Source: a virus. Taken from it: a DNA stretch of 64,000 nucleotides. Positions 29,346 to 38,956 of the stretch are shown one piece after another. Location of the stretch: IMG/VR virus record IMGVR_UViG_3300013126_000011, one strand, 5' to 3'. The position numbers were made by a program, and so were the translations under genes. The notes below the pieces were generated by a model. That model searched no databases, was not told the DNA's origin, and saw only the letters and a list, made by a program, of their open reading frames with translations. Positions within the stretch are counted from its first letter, which is position 1. Every line of letters starts with the position of its first letter.

Positions 29346-30359
29346 ATGGCTTCTATGTTTAAGCAATTATTAGCTAGCGATAAGGCGACCGTAAGAACGC
29401 CTTTGTATGAAGGAATTCCAATGACGGGAACTTTGTTCAATGGTACTGACTATGCTGGCTTTCCAGATGAAGAGAATATTAAGAAGTATTCTCATGGTAT
29501 TTTTGAATCGGTATATGATTATCCTTATTTGAGTTCCTCAGCGAATCATTTGTTTGATTTGTCGTTTGGCTTTGCATCAAGCTCAATTTACAATACGACT
29601 GGTGTTGTTGATGCAGACAAGAAAATTAACATGTACAATCAAATGTGTCAGATGTTGATGGGATTTGACGATGATGGAAAGGTAAAACCATTGAAAAATC
29701 CCGAGACTGGTGCAGAAATGAAGGAAGTCTTCCTTATCGATCTTTCTCGATTAGTTTACAAGGATGAAATTAAGAAGGGCTCAGTGAATCTGTATTATTT
29801 TGACGATACCTCTTATTCTACGTCCTGTGATTCGGGAGAAATTTGTCACGGTTATGAAGCCGGTAGTATTTATATTGATTCACCGGTTGGTGAATATTCT
29901 TCAATATATGTCACAATATCGCCCGAGGATAATTGTGGAATGGTATTTTATCAGGCTGGTGCGATATTGTTGTCGGGCTCTAGTTGGGCTATAGAAGAGG
30001 CTAACGGTTCGGCTGACACGTTTGCAGATCTCTTTACTTCCGGCAGTATCGAAGAGATTTGTGACGGTTTCAGACACCGAATTTGTAATCTTCAACTAAC
30101 AAACACTACAGAGCTTTTTAGTCAGATGTATTTCTGCCGGGCAAATAATAACGAGTTTAACTATTCTAGTAATCCCACGTATCTTTCTAGTAGCCAGATT
30201 GTCACAAAAGACGTGGCTAGCGATCCAGCAGTTTCGTATTTAACGGGAGTTGGTCTTTTCTCTGCTAAAGGAGAACTGTTAGCCACAGCTAAGTTATCGG
30301 AACCATTGAAGAAAACAAGCAGTACAGAGTTAAACATTAAAATCAGGCTCGATTGGTAA
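29346..30359 (+). CDS. tail/baseplate structural protein (paralog of 30824..31933)
   Basis: IKKGSVNL, GMVFYQAGAILL, NEFNYSSNPTY, VGLFSAKGELLATAKLSEPLKK. Confidence 0.65.
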   Translation: MASMFKQLLASDKATVRTPLYEGIPMTGTLFNGTDYAGFPDEENIKKYSHGIFESVYDYPYLSSSANHLFDLSFGFASSSIYNTTGVVDADKKINMYNQMCQMLMGFDDDGKVKPLKNPETGAEMKEVFLIDLSRLVYKDEIKKGSVNLYYFDDTSYSTSCDSGEICHGYEAGSIYIDSPVGEYSSIYVTISPEDNCGMVFYQAGAILLSGSSWAIEEANGSADTFADLFTSGSIEEICDGFRHRICNLQLTNTTELFSQMYFCRANNNEFNYSSNPTYLSSSQIVTKDVASDPAVSYLTGVGLFSAKGELLATAKLSEPLKKTSSTELNIKIRLDW

Positions 30360-30360
30360 T

Positions 30361-30380
30361 TTAAGGAAATTTAAGGAAAT
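30361..30380 (+). repeat. 10-bp tandem duplication TTAAGGAAAT x2 (duplicated SD-like element)
   Basis: Read directly from the sequence, upstream of ORF 30390. Confidence 0.85.
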
Positions 30381-30389
30381 CAACGATTT

Positions 30390-30821
30390 ATGAATCTTAA
30401 AAAGATGATAAACGAGGCTTTCGAAGATCACATTAAGCAAGCCCAAGAAAAGCAACCAGAAATTATTCGTCATATCAAGTTGCAACTTCAAAGATTCGTT
30501 GAAGATGAATCGGTATTCACAGATATGATCGATGCTTTTGAACGCATTATCCGTATGGCTATGGCAGATAATACTTCTGATTCTGTTGACAAGATTGCAA
30601 GAGATCTAGACTTAGCTCCAGCTTTTGTCAGTTTTCATACCAGAATAGCGAAGAGAGATAAGAGCGATGGTTTACTGAATAAGTCGATTGACGTTAAACA
30701 GATTGCTTCAACAATTCAGAAACCAAAAGCCAGAGAATATGTACCTTCCTATCGTGATGAGAATGAAATGATTTATGGCAATTCTTATTCAGAGCCCGGT
30801 GGACATAGAACGGGAGATTAA
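30390..30821 (+). CDS. small protein with N-terminal LKKMIxE tag (putative internal head protein)
   Basis: MNLKKMINEAFE. Confidence 0.6.
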   Translation: MNLKKMINEAFEDHIKQAQEKQPEIIRHIKLQLQRFVEDESVFTDMIDAFERIIRMAMADNTSDSVDKIARDLDLAPAFVSFHTRIAKRDKSDGLLNKSIDVKQIASTIQKPKAREYVPSYRDENEMIYGNSYSEPGGHRTGD

Positions 30822-30823
30822 TT

Positions 30824-31933
30824 TTGTCATATCTTTTTCAGTTCGATCAAGATGATATTATTCATTCAACAAACGAGGCGCATCCTCGTTCAGAGATGAT
30901 AATCTTGTCAGATGGAACAAAACAATGTTCTTGGGAGCCTTCTGAAAGAAATGCCGATGGTTATTTGACCTATGGGCTGTCTGCTTCAAGTGGACAGTTT
31001 GTATATAAAGATTCTTCGAATGCTGATAGTTTTCCGACAGCATCATACGGAGAACAGATTCAATTAAATTCTGGAATGACAACTGCTTCGATTTCTTTAT
31101 ACAAATATTGGACAGGTTTCGATACTTCAAGCTACGAACAATATTTGTCAGCCATCAAGTCAACACTAAAGTACAACACTCTTCTAAGTCCTCATTTTGC
31201 TTTTAGCTCGTCCTATGGTGACAAGAGCGCTCAAGAGATGCTGATGATCAGCATTCCAGAGGCATTTTACGGAAGCAAAATACAAAAAGGATCTGTCAAG
31301 TTAAGTTTTCTTGAAACTGAAGTGCTGTTTGGTACTCTAGAAGATTCAAATCAAAATGGCGAATTAATTCAGACGTTTGGTGCAACCGGATCTGGATTAG
31401 TAGCTGGAGTTGTACTATATGATGAAGGCATTATCCTATTGACTGGTTCTTGGATCATTGATGACAGCATCGATGGATTGACTTATTCCGGAACATATCC
31501 GACTTGGAACACAGATGGCAAGCCTAGGTGGTGTTATTGGGGCGCAGACAATACAGATGAAAGTTTTCCATCATATACTTTGGAGTTTAATGGAACAGTA
31601 CAGACGCCAGTGATTTTGATGTATGCTCATGCACCAAAAGGATCGTTGAACCATTCCAATAATCCATCGTTTGTTGATCGAAATGATATGACAAGATATT
31701 TGAATTTTGCTAGCAGTTCTCATGGTTTTTATGAAGATGAGAAGGTAGGCTTAACCAACTCTATTTATTCAGAGTACAACGATGTACACAAAGATTTTCG
31801 AAAGCAAACATATATTTCGAAAGTTGCCGTTCTCGATGAAGACAAGAACGTAATTGCAATTGCCAGTTTAGCAGAGCCATTACGCAAACTTCAAGAGCGA
31901 GAGTACACGATAAAGATTTCGATTGACGGATAA
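30824..31933 (+). CDS. tail/baseplate structural protein (paralog of 29346..30359)
   Basis: IQKGSVKL, GVVLYDEGIILL, LNHSNNPSF, VAVLDEDKNVIAIASLAEPLRK. Confidence 0.65.
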   Translation: MSYLFQFDQDDIIHSTNEAHPRSEMIILSDGTKQCSWEPSERNADGYLTYGLSASSGQFVYKDSSNADSFPTASYGEQIQLNSGMTTASISLYKYWTGFDTSSYEQYLSAIKSTLKYNTLLSPHFAFSSSYGDKSAQEMLMISIPEAFYGSKIQKGSVKLSFLETEVLFGTLEDSNQNGELIQTFGATGSGLVAGVVLYDEGIILLTGSWIIDDSIDGLTYSGTYPTWNTDGKPRWCYWGADNTDESFPSYTLEFNGTVQTPVILMYAHAPKGSLNHSNNPSFVDRNDMTRYLNFASSSHGFYEDEKVGLTNSIYSEYNDVHKDFRKQTYISKVAVLDEDKNVIAIASLAEPLRKLQEREYTIKISIDG

Positions 31934-31946
31934 GGAAGCAAATACA

Positions 31947-32123
31947 ATGAATTTAGCCAAAGAACAACTTAAGAAAATGATTCAAGAAGCTTTGAGCGAG
32001 GTTCTTTCAGAAGCCACCTTTCAAGATAAAGTGAACGCTATCAAGAGAAGCGGAAAGTCAGAAGAGAGTGCTAAAAAGATTGCCGGTGCAATGGTAAGGG
32101 ATGAAAAGAAAAAGGGCAAATAG
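31947..32123 (+). CDS. small basic protein with N-terminal tag (putative internal head protein)
   Basis: MNLAKEQLKKMIQEALSEVLSE followed by a Lys-rich body; AAGGA SD upstream of the ATG at 31947. Confidence 0.7.
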   Translation: MNLAKEQLKKMIQEALSEVLSEATFQDKVNAIKRSGKSEESAKKIAGAMVRDEKKKGK

Positions 32124-32125
32124 CA

Positions 32126-32329
32126 ATGCAAATTACTCGTGAAGAATTAAAAAGAATCATTTGGAAGACTCTTCAAGAGATTTTGGATGATAAGAAAGAG
32201 GCTGCTCAGACAACCGTTGGCATTGTTCAAGATGTAAGTCAATTGTATGCTCAGAAACAGAAGAATTATCGCAAGGATGCTGAAACAAAGCCCAAGAAAG
32301 AAAAGAAGTGTGATTGCGATGGCAAATAA
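32126..32329 (+). CDS. small protein with N-terminal tag
   Basis: MQITREELKRIIWKTLQEILDD. Confidence 0.65.
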   Translation: MQITREELKRIIWKTLQEILDDKKEAAQTTVGIVQDVSQLYAQKQKNYRKDAETKPKKEKKCDCDGK

Positions 32330-32537
32330 ACGAGTTTTAATAGAAGCAGAGCAAAGACAAGTGCTGTCTGGATTTACAAAGTCAACTCTTAATGCTCTTA
32401 GGATTGCAATGGATAATGGCGTAACTGCTAGCCAACTAACAAGTGTTTTAACGAAGCTGTCAAGTCCAGATACAATCAATAGATTAAAAGCCACAGCTGG
32501 TGGCACAGATTCTATGTCAAGAGAGATTAATTCATGA
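32319..32537 (+). CDS. hypothetical protein
   Basis: ATG at 32319 overlaps the previous gene end; MANKRVLIEAE. Confidence 0.55.
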   Translation: MANKRVLIEAEQRQVLSGFTKSTLNALRIAMDNGVTASQLTSVLTKLSSPDTINRLKATAGGTDSMSREINS

Positions 32538-32577
32538 AATTAGAAGAAATAGTTTTATCTTAAAAGAGTAAAAACAA

Positions 32578-33132
32578 ATGCTTTTAGGTGCTGATCTTTC
32601 AACTAGCATATGCGGTATATCTGTTCTTGACGATGATGGCAAATTAGTTCTCTCAGAAGCCATCGATCTTCGCAATAAAAACAAATACAAAACATTAAAC
32701 GAAAAAGCAGATTGTGTACGCAAGCACTTAACTGATATTGCTACAATCTATCCAATCGAAAAAGTCTATATCGAAAAGTCTCTGTTTATGTTCACAAGTG
32801 GGAAATCTTCTGTGACAACACTGTTTCTGTTGGCAGGATTTAACACGCTTGTCAGCTATTTTTGCTATGATATCTTCAAGGTAGAGCCAGAATATATTTC
32901 AGCTACCACTGCCAGAAAAAGAGTCGGAATCGTGCTTGACAAATCTCAAGACACCAAAAAGCAGATTGTTGATTTTGCTAGACAGGAACCCGGTTTTAGT
33001 GTATCTTGGACTCCAAGTGGAAACTACGTACCATCGTGTGCTGACAGAGCAGATGCCTGGGTAGTTGCCAAAGCCTGTTGGATGGGTTCTAAGAGTGCAA
33101 AATCAAGCAGAAAAGCTAAAGATACTGACTGA
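32578..33132 (+). CDS. RuvC-like Holliday junction resolvase
   Basis: LGADLST, YIEK and DRADA provide the catalytic D/E/D/D pattern. Confidence 0.85.
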   Translation: MLLGADLSTSICGISVLDDDGKLVLSEAIDLRNKNKYKTLNEKADCVRKHLTDIATIYPIEKVYIEKSLFMFTSGKSSVTTLFLLAGFNTLVSYFCYDIFKVEPEYISATTARKRVGIVLDKSQDTKKQIVDFARQEPGFSVSWTPSGNYVPSCADRADAWVVAKACWMGSKSAKSSRKAKDTD

Positions 33133-34045
33133 CATTTTAGGCGATTTCTATCTTACTGGAGTCGAGAGGCTTTTCGCTTGTCCTAAGTGTCAGCACGATA
33201 AACGAAAACTTAGCATCAATCTTCAAAAATCAAAATTTAAATGTTGGCACTGCGACTGGAGAGGAAATCTCAATCGTCTTGTCAAGCAACTTGGTAATCA
33301 AACTCAAAGAACTGTTTGGAAAGAATTGACTGGACAAGTCGATTACGATCTCGGTTCTGTCAATGAAGATATGTTCTCGGAGCATATCGAAGAAGAAATA
33401 ATCGAACCAATCGAGTTGCCAACAGATTTCGTTAGTTTAGTTAAGAACACATATACATCAAGTGATAAAGCCGCCCTGAAGTATCTCAAATCGAGAGGGT
33501 TAACAACCAGAGATATTTTTCAATGGAAAATTGGGTACTGTGCCAAGGGTGATTACAAGCAACGAATTATTGTACCTTCTTTTGATTGTCAGGGAGAGCT
33601 AAACTACTTTGTCGGAAGAACCTATGTCGACAGCAATTACAAGTATTGGAATCCAAAAGTTCCAAAGAACATGATTTTTAATGAGCTTTATGTTGACTGG
33701 AAAAAAGAGATTGTTTTGGTCGAAGGCGTCTTCGATCAATTCGTGGCTGGCACTAATTCGATTGCCCTCTTGGGAAGCTCTCTAGACGAACACAACGCCC
33801 TATTCCAGCGTGTTGCGATGTCAGAGACTAGAGTTATAGTGGGTCTTGATCCTGATGCTGAGAAAAAGGCAAATAGGCTCATTTCTGAAATGTTGAAATA
33901 CGGAATCGAAATTTATAAAATGCAAATTGAGAACAAAAAGGATATTGGAGAGATGACCAAGGAAGAATTTCTGGAATGTAAGCGAGAAGCAAAGCCAATG
34001 TCAAACGACAACTATCTTTTGTATCTAATTGAGAGGATTAAGTAA
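33095..34045 (+). CDS. DNA primase (T4 gp61/DnaG-like)
   Basis: Zn finger CPKC...CWHC, YLKSRG, TOPRIM EGVFD and LDPD; start probably the GTG at 33095. Confidence 0.9.
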   Translation: MQNQAEKLKILTDILGDFYLTGVERLFACPKCQHDKRKLSINLQKSKFKCWHCDWRGNLNRLVKQLGNQTQRTVWKELTGQVDYDLGSVNEDMFSEHIEEEIIEPIELPTDFVSLVKNTYTSSDKAALKYLKSRGLTTRDIFQWKIGYCAKGDYKQRIIVPSFDCQGELNYFVGRTYVDSNYKYWNPKVPKNMIFNELYVDWKKEIVLVEGVFDQFVAGTNSIALLGSSLDEHNALFQRVAMSETRVIVGLDPDAEKKANRLISEMLKYGIEIYKMQIENKKDIGEMTKEEFLECKREAKPMSNDNYLLYLIERIK

Positions 34046-34050
34046 TAACA

Positions 34051-37000
34051 ATGAAGATAGCAGCTTTTTCAGATCTCCACGTAAAGACTCTCAAGTATCA
34101 TGAAGAATATCTTGCCGTATTTCAGGAGTTTTATAAGGATCTTCGAGAACAAAAGCCTGACGTAATTGTATGCGCTGGCGACATTGCTCACTCAAAGGTT
34201 GTGCTGTCGCCAGAATACTTCTCTATTGCCGCCAAGCTGTTCAAAGAGTTGGCTTCTATTGCGCCATTGTATATCCTAGCTGGTAATCATGATGCTTCCT
34301 TTCGTGGCATGACGCTTCGCAATGCTTCTAGACTTGATGCTATTACTCCAATCATCGAAGCTCTTGATAATTCAAATATTCACTATATGAAGCAGTCTGG
34401 AGAATACAACATCAATGACAATATAGTCTTAAATGCAATGTCGTTGTTTGATGTAGATGGTTGGATGCAGCCAACAGATCCAAGCAAGATCAATGTAGCA
34501 GTTTTTCATGGAGCGATCATCGACGCTTCAACAGACGTTGGCTATACGGTTGATCGTAGTTCTGGAATTGATCTGAGTTATTTTGATTCGTTTGATGCAG
34601 CAATTTTTGGAGACATTCATCGTCGTCAATTCTTTTCGAACACCCGAGGATATGTCGGTAGTTTGATTCAGCAGAATCATGGGGAAGGCGTAGAGAAAGG
34701 CTATAGTATTTGGCTCATTAAAAACAAGAATGATATCAGCGTAGAATTTAGACCTCTTCGCAATCCAAAGCCATTCATTACTGTCAATTTGGATCTGGCA
34801 GGTAATGTTCCTGCAAATCTAGAGATTCCAGTTGGTTCACATGTGCGTGTGGTTGCTCATTCTTATATCAGTCTAGACAAGATGCGAAAGTCTCTCGATG
34901 TTGTCAAATCGAAGTATTTGCCAGAAGATATTTCCTTTGTTAACAAGATTGACGAGACAAAGTTACAAGAGAGTGTTGCTGTATCTTCTGTTGTTCGCGG
35001 TGAAAATCTTCGTTATGATGAAGTACAAGAACGAATGATTCGAGATTATCTGAAAGATTTTAAGCCTGATGATGAAACCATGACTTCGATTTTGAAGTTA
35101 AATAATCAATATAATGCTGCAATTAAGAACGATGAAGAAGTCGCTCGTAATGTTCAGTGGTCTGTCAAAAAGATTGAATGGGATAATTTGTTCAATTACG
35201 GTTCTGGCAACTATATGAATTATGAGCAATTAAGCGGAGTTGCAGCTTTACTAGGAAAAAGTTTTGTAGGAAAAACTTCTACCATTGATGCCCTATTGTT
35301 CGGATTATTCAATACTACTTCAAAGAACGAAAGAAAGAATGTCAACGTAGTCAATCAACACAAGAATGATGCCGTTGTTCGTCTATGGCTTGAAGCAAAT
35401 GGAATCTCTTATCGTATTGAAAGACGAGTAGAAAAGTACGTTAAGCGGCTTCATGGAGTTGAAACAATCGAAGCTAAGACGGACGTTGATTTTTGGGAAA
35501 TGCAAGCTGATGGAATAGAAATTTCAAGAAATGGAGATACCAGAAGCGATACAGATAGGAACATTCGTACAATTTTTGGAACGGTTGAAGATTTTCTTTT
35601 GACTTCGTTATCTTCTCAGCATGGAGGTTTGCAGTATATCTTTGAGGGTTCAACGAAGCGCAAGGAAATTCTTGCTCGCTTTTTGGATCTTGACAGCTTT
35701 GACAAGAAGTTCAAGTTAGCCAAAGAAGATTCTTCGACCATCAAGGGAGCCTTGAAGCGCGTTGAAGGAATCGATTATGATACGACACTTTCACATGCCA
35801 GAACAAAGCTGCACCTCAATGAAAAAGAAGCTCAAAGAGTCGAGAACAAGCTGACAGAAATCAACAAGACTATTGCGGACAACCAGAATCAGATTGATTC
35901 ATTTAAGCAGCAGTTGGCTTTGATTCCAAAGGATATCAAGGAAATTACTGAGACAGAAGAAGAACTAGCTAAGAAGCTAATTCAACAAGATGCATTGACT
36001 TCGGAAAGAGATTCTTTGCTGGATCGCAATGAAGAGCTTAACAAGCTTATCGCGAAGTTGAATCATTTGCTTGATACGTTTGATATTGAAGGTTGTCGAA
36101 AGCAACAAGATTTAATCGAGCAACTATCTTCTGAAGCCAGGAAGATTGAAGAAAAAGTTGCAGAACTTAATAGAAACAAGTTGACAAATGATAAGAAGAC
36201 TCAATTGCTTCTTGAGGTTCCTTGTGGAGAACAGTTTCCTGCGTGCAAGTTTATTCGAGATGCGTTCAAGGCAAAGACAGAGAACGAGTACGTTTGTAAT
36301 AATCTAAAGTTGCAGTCAGAACAGCTTGAAAAATTGACAGCAGACAAGGAAGCATTGCAGCCAACAAAAATTGAGGATCTACTATACAAATATGCCGAAT
36401 TAGCCTCTCAGAAGACAGAGTTTGAGCAGGAGGTACTAACTAACCAGACTCTAATTGAAAAGGATGAAAACGCCCTTTCTGTGCTTATAGGATACGTTTC
36501 TGAGTTGCAGCAGAGAATTGCAAAGAGCAAGGCAGATCAAAAGCTGATTGATAGCGCCAAGAGTCTGCTTGAGCAATTATCTGAAGCGGAAAAGTTGTCA
36601 ATCAAATATGCTAAAGAACTCAGTAGGCTAACAACACAACGTCTTGAAGCCTATAAGACACATGGTAAACTTGAAGGTGAAATCAACTCTGTAACCGAAA
36701 AGATCGAAGAGCGAGAAACATTAAGAAATGAATTTGCGTCTTATGATTTGTTCATGCGTTGTATGCATTCTAACGGTATCAGTTACGACATTATCAAGAG
36801 TATGCTTCCAGTTTTAAATAATGAAGTTGCGAAGGTTCTAGCAAATATTGTTGATTTTGAAGTGTTTTTCGAAAATAATGATGATCGGTTGGACATTTTC
36901 ATTAAGCATCCAAAGCATGAGTCTCGTCCAATTGAGATGGGTTCTGGAGCAGAGAAAACAATTGCTGCAATGGCAATTCGATTGGCTTTAACGAAGATTG

Positions 37001-37212
37001 GCAATTTACCAAAATTTTCAACCTTTATTTTGGACGAGCCTGCTACCGGACTTGATGAAGAACGAATGGAAGGGTTTATTCGTGTTTTCGACTTGTTGAA
37101 GCTTCAATTTAGGTTGGTGATTCTCATTTCTCACCTTGATAGTCTCAAAGATGTAGCCGATTTGATCATCACGATTGATAAGGTTGATGGCTACGCCTCC
37201 GTTCGGATCTGA
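34051..37212 (+). CDS. fused Mre11/SbcD-Rad50/SbcC recombination nuclease (gp47-gp46 fusion)
   Basis: Phosphoesterase motifs SDLH, GDIAH, GNHD, GDIH; then Walker A GKSFVGKT, coiled coil, signature GSGAEK, Walker B ILDEP and ISH, all in one frame. Confidence 0.92.
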   Translation: MKIAAFSDLHVKTLKYHEEYLAVFQEFYKDLREQKPDVIVCAGDIAHSKVVLSPEYFSIAAKLFKELASIAPLYILAGNHDASFRGMTLRNASRLDAITPIIEALDNSNIHYMKQSGEYNINDNIVLNAMSLFDVDGWMQPTDPSKINVAVFHGAIIDASTDVGYTVDRSSGIDLSYFDSFDAAIFGDIHRRQFFSNTRGYVGSLIQQNHGEGVEKGYSIWLIKNKNDISVEFRPLRNPKPFITVNLDLAGNVPANLEIPVGSHVRVVAHSYISLDKMRKSLDVVKSKYLPEDISFVNKIDETKLQESVAVSSVVRGENLRYDEVQERMIRDYLKDFKPDDETMTSILKLNNQYNAAIKNDEEVARNVQWSVKKIEWDNLFNYGSGNYMNYEQLSGVAALLGKSFVGKTSTIDALLFGLFNTTSKNERKNVNVVNQHKNDAVVRLWLEANGISYRIERRVEKYVKRLHGVETIEAKTDVDFWEMQADGIEISRNGDTRSDTDRNIRTIFGTVEDFLLTSLSSQHGGLQYIFEGSTKRKEILARFLDLDSFDKKFKLAKEDSSTIKGALKRVEGIDYDTTLSHARTKLHLNEKEAQRVENKLTEINKTIADNQNQIDSFKQQLALIPKDIKEITETEEELAKKLIQQDALTSERDSLLDRNEELNKLIAKLNHLLDTFDIEGCRKQQDLIEQLSSEARKIEEKVAELNRNKLTNDKKTQLLLEVPCGEQFPACKFIRDAFKAKTENEYVCNNLKLQSEQLEKLTADKEALQPTKIEDLLYKYAELASQKTEFEQEVLTNQTLIEKDENALSVLIGYVSELQQRIAKSKADQKLIDSAKSLLEQLSEAEKLSIKYAKELSRLTTQRLEAYKTHGKLEGEINSVTEKIEERETLRNEFASYDLFMRCMHSNGISYDIIKSMLPVLNNEVAKVLANIVDFEVFFENNDDRLDIFIKHPKHESRPIEMGSGAEKTIAAMAIRLALTKIGNLPKFSTFILDEPATGLDEERMEGFIRVFDLLKLQFRLVILISHLDSLKDVADLIITIDKVDGYASVRI

Positions 37213-37232
37213 GTCGCTCACATTCTAGCCCT

Positions 37233-37239
37233 CTAATTA
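37233..37239 (+). promoter_or_regulatory. candidate late promoter CTAATTA
   Basis: The motif CTA[A/G/T]TTA recurs 28-34 nt upstream of several late starts. Confidence 0.55.
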
Positions 37240-37267
37240 CAATAGAATTCGATTAAGGAACTTTCAA

Positions 37268-37570
37268 ATGAACGATAAGATCCATCTTAAGCAAGAACAG
37301 CTAACAGTACTAATCAAGGAGGCTTTGAAAGAAATCGTCGACGATCATCTTAATGAAGAAGCTGGAGAATTATACGGATATGATAGGTATTATTCGGCTG
37401 GTATTCTTGATGGTTCAGTTGGCAAGGAAATGAATGATTCGGTTTCTCGTGGATTAAAGGGTGGTACTGCGAAAAAGGCTTATGAAGAGGGCTATGCTGT
37501 AGGGCTTAAACAATGGGTAGCTCGACAGCCAATTAAGAAAGTTCAACAAGCTCCAAGGTGGGAGGAATAA
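37268..37570 (+). CDS. small protein with N-terminal tag
   Basis: IHLKQEQLTVLIKEALKEIVDDHLNEE, then YxxG repeats (YSAG, YEEG, YAVG). Confidence 0.7.
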   Translation: MNDKIHLKQEQLTVLIKEALKEIVDDHLNEEAGELYGYDRYYSAGILDGSVGKEMNDSVSRGLKGGTAKKAYEEGYAVGLKQWVARQPIKKVQQAPRWEE

Positions 37571-37729
37571 ATGTTCATGAAGTTTATGTCAAGAAAATTA
37601 TTGGTATTGGTGGCTGCAACGGCACTGCTATATTTTGGTAAAATTACTCCGGATTTATGGAGTTATGTTGCCATGACTTATCTTGGCGCACAAGCATTGC
37701 TAGACTCGAAAGTTTCAAAAAAGCAGTAG
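37571..37729 (+). CDS. holin-like two-TM membrane protein, 52 aa (absent from the ORF track)
   Basis: MFMKFMSRKLLVLVAATALLYFGKITPDLWSYVAMTYLGAQALLDSKVSKKQ; GGAGG upstream; SRK plus two hydrophobic helices and a basic tail. Confidence 0.65.
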   Translation: MFMKFMSRKLLVLVAATALLYFGKITPDLWSYVAMTYLGAQALLDSKVSKKQ

Positions 37730-37734
37730 GATAA

Positions 37735-38100
37735 ATGAACACCGAGAAGAAAATCGATTATGATTATGCTGCTAGAGTAGAGAAGGAAGTTGCCAAGAAA
37801 TACGGCAACGATGCCATCGATCATCCAAAAGCAAATTGGAATATTGAGAAAGAAAAACAATATATTCAACAAGCAAGAGAGATGGCAATAAAGGAAGCGC
37901 AGAACGTTGTTGTTCGTAAAGAACTAGAACAAGACGTTTTAATTGATGAAAAGCTATTTAAAAAGACAGATTCGTCAATGCTTTTTGGAAAAAAGTGTCC
38001 AATTTGTGAGAAGAGAAGTCAACACGCAAGAGATGAAGTTTACTTCAAACTGTATGGATGCTGTTATATTTGCTCGATTAAAAAAGGAGTGGTAAGATGA
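37735..38100 (+). CDS. hypothetical protein with C-terminal Zn finger
   Basis: CPIC...CYIC. Confidence 0.7.
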   Translation: MNTEKKIDYDYAARVEKEVAKKYGNDAIDHPKANWNIEKEKQYIQQAREMAIKEAQNVVVRKELEQDVLIDEKLFKKTDSSMLFGKKCPICEKRSQHARDEVYFKLYGCCYICSIKKGVVR

Positions 38101-38405
38101 CAACTATCAACATTGATCGTCGAAAATTGATTGAGGCTGCAACAGCAAAGGCTCTGAGAGAAGCTGAAGAAGCCTTTAAAGCAAAGAAGCTGGCAAAGCA
38201 AAGTCCCGTTGGAAATGTTGCAAAGCCATGTGGTTGCAAGGATAAGATGAAGAATCTTCAGAAAGAAGAGATCGATCCTGTACCTACTCCAAGACAAAGC
38301 AAGAGTCCACTAAGTACGTTACCTCCTGAAGAGAGAGCGAAGCGTCAATACGAGCGAATGACCGGTAGAAAATGGAGCGATAAACAAGGTGGAGATACAC
38401 TATAA
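38097..38405 (+). CDS. small basic protein with tag-like N-terminus
   Basis: INIDRRKLIEAATAKALRE; AAGGAG SD. Confidence 0.65.
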   Translation: MTTINIDRRKLIEAATAKALREAEEAFKAKKLAKQSPVGNVAKPCGCKDKMKNLQKEEIDPVPTPRQSKSPLSTLPPEERAKRQYERMTGRKWSDKQGGDTL

Positions 38406-38953
38406 TGGCTGATATTCTTGACGTAGTACAAACTATTGCACAGGTTGCACAGGCTAACGCTCACTATGGCGCTACTGATGCAGAAGGCAAGCCAATCAAG
38501 GTTGGTCTTAGACGCGAAGAAGAAATGACAATTCACGATCCAAGATTGGTTGATGGATTCAAGGTAAAATTTTCTGGAGATAAGATGATTCTGACCTATC
38601 AAGCAGAAGTGTTGATTCAGGAAGTACACGAGCCAGGATTTGAAGGAGAAGTAAAGCAGACCCTATCTGACATTCTTTCCTATATCAAGAAAGAGTACAA
38701 GAAGATTGCCAATAAGGCTCTGACAATTTCTAGAGATGGTGATCCTGATATTCAAGTGCAGAACATTTCCAGAATCAGAACCATTCTAACGGCTACTCAG
38801 GTTTTCAATCTTAAGGGAACAGAAGCAGATTCAGTAAGTGCCGAAGAGTCCTCGAATGACAAGCTTAAGAAGGCAATGAAGAGTTTTCTAGCGTTTGGTA
38901 AGGAAGAATTTCCAGGCGTCGAGAAGCCAAAGAACGTAACTCGTAAAGATTAA
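38405..38953 (+). CDS. hypothetical protein upstream of terminase
   Basis: TAATG-coupled ORF with GGAG SD. Confidence 0.7.
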   Translation: MADILDVVQTIAQVAQANAHYGATDAEGKPIKVGLRREEEMTIHDPRLVDGFKVKFSGDKMILTYQAEVLIQEVHEPGFEGEVKQTLSDILSYIKKEYKKIANKALTISRDGDPDIQVQNISRIRTILTATQVFNLKGTEADSVSAEESSNDKLKKAMKSFLAFGKEEFPGVEKPKNVTRKD

Positions 38954-38956
38954 TGA

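Noticed and set aside
32534-32563. Micro-ORF MKLEEIVLS coupled by ATGA, resembling a tag start
   Set aside because: Only 9 codons; cannot be distinguished from chance.
38405-38953. Small terminase assignment
   Set aside because: Suggested only by position; no gp16-like motif recognised.
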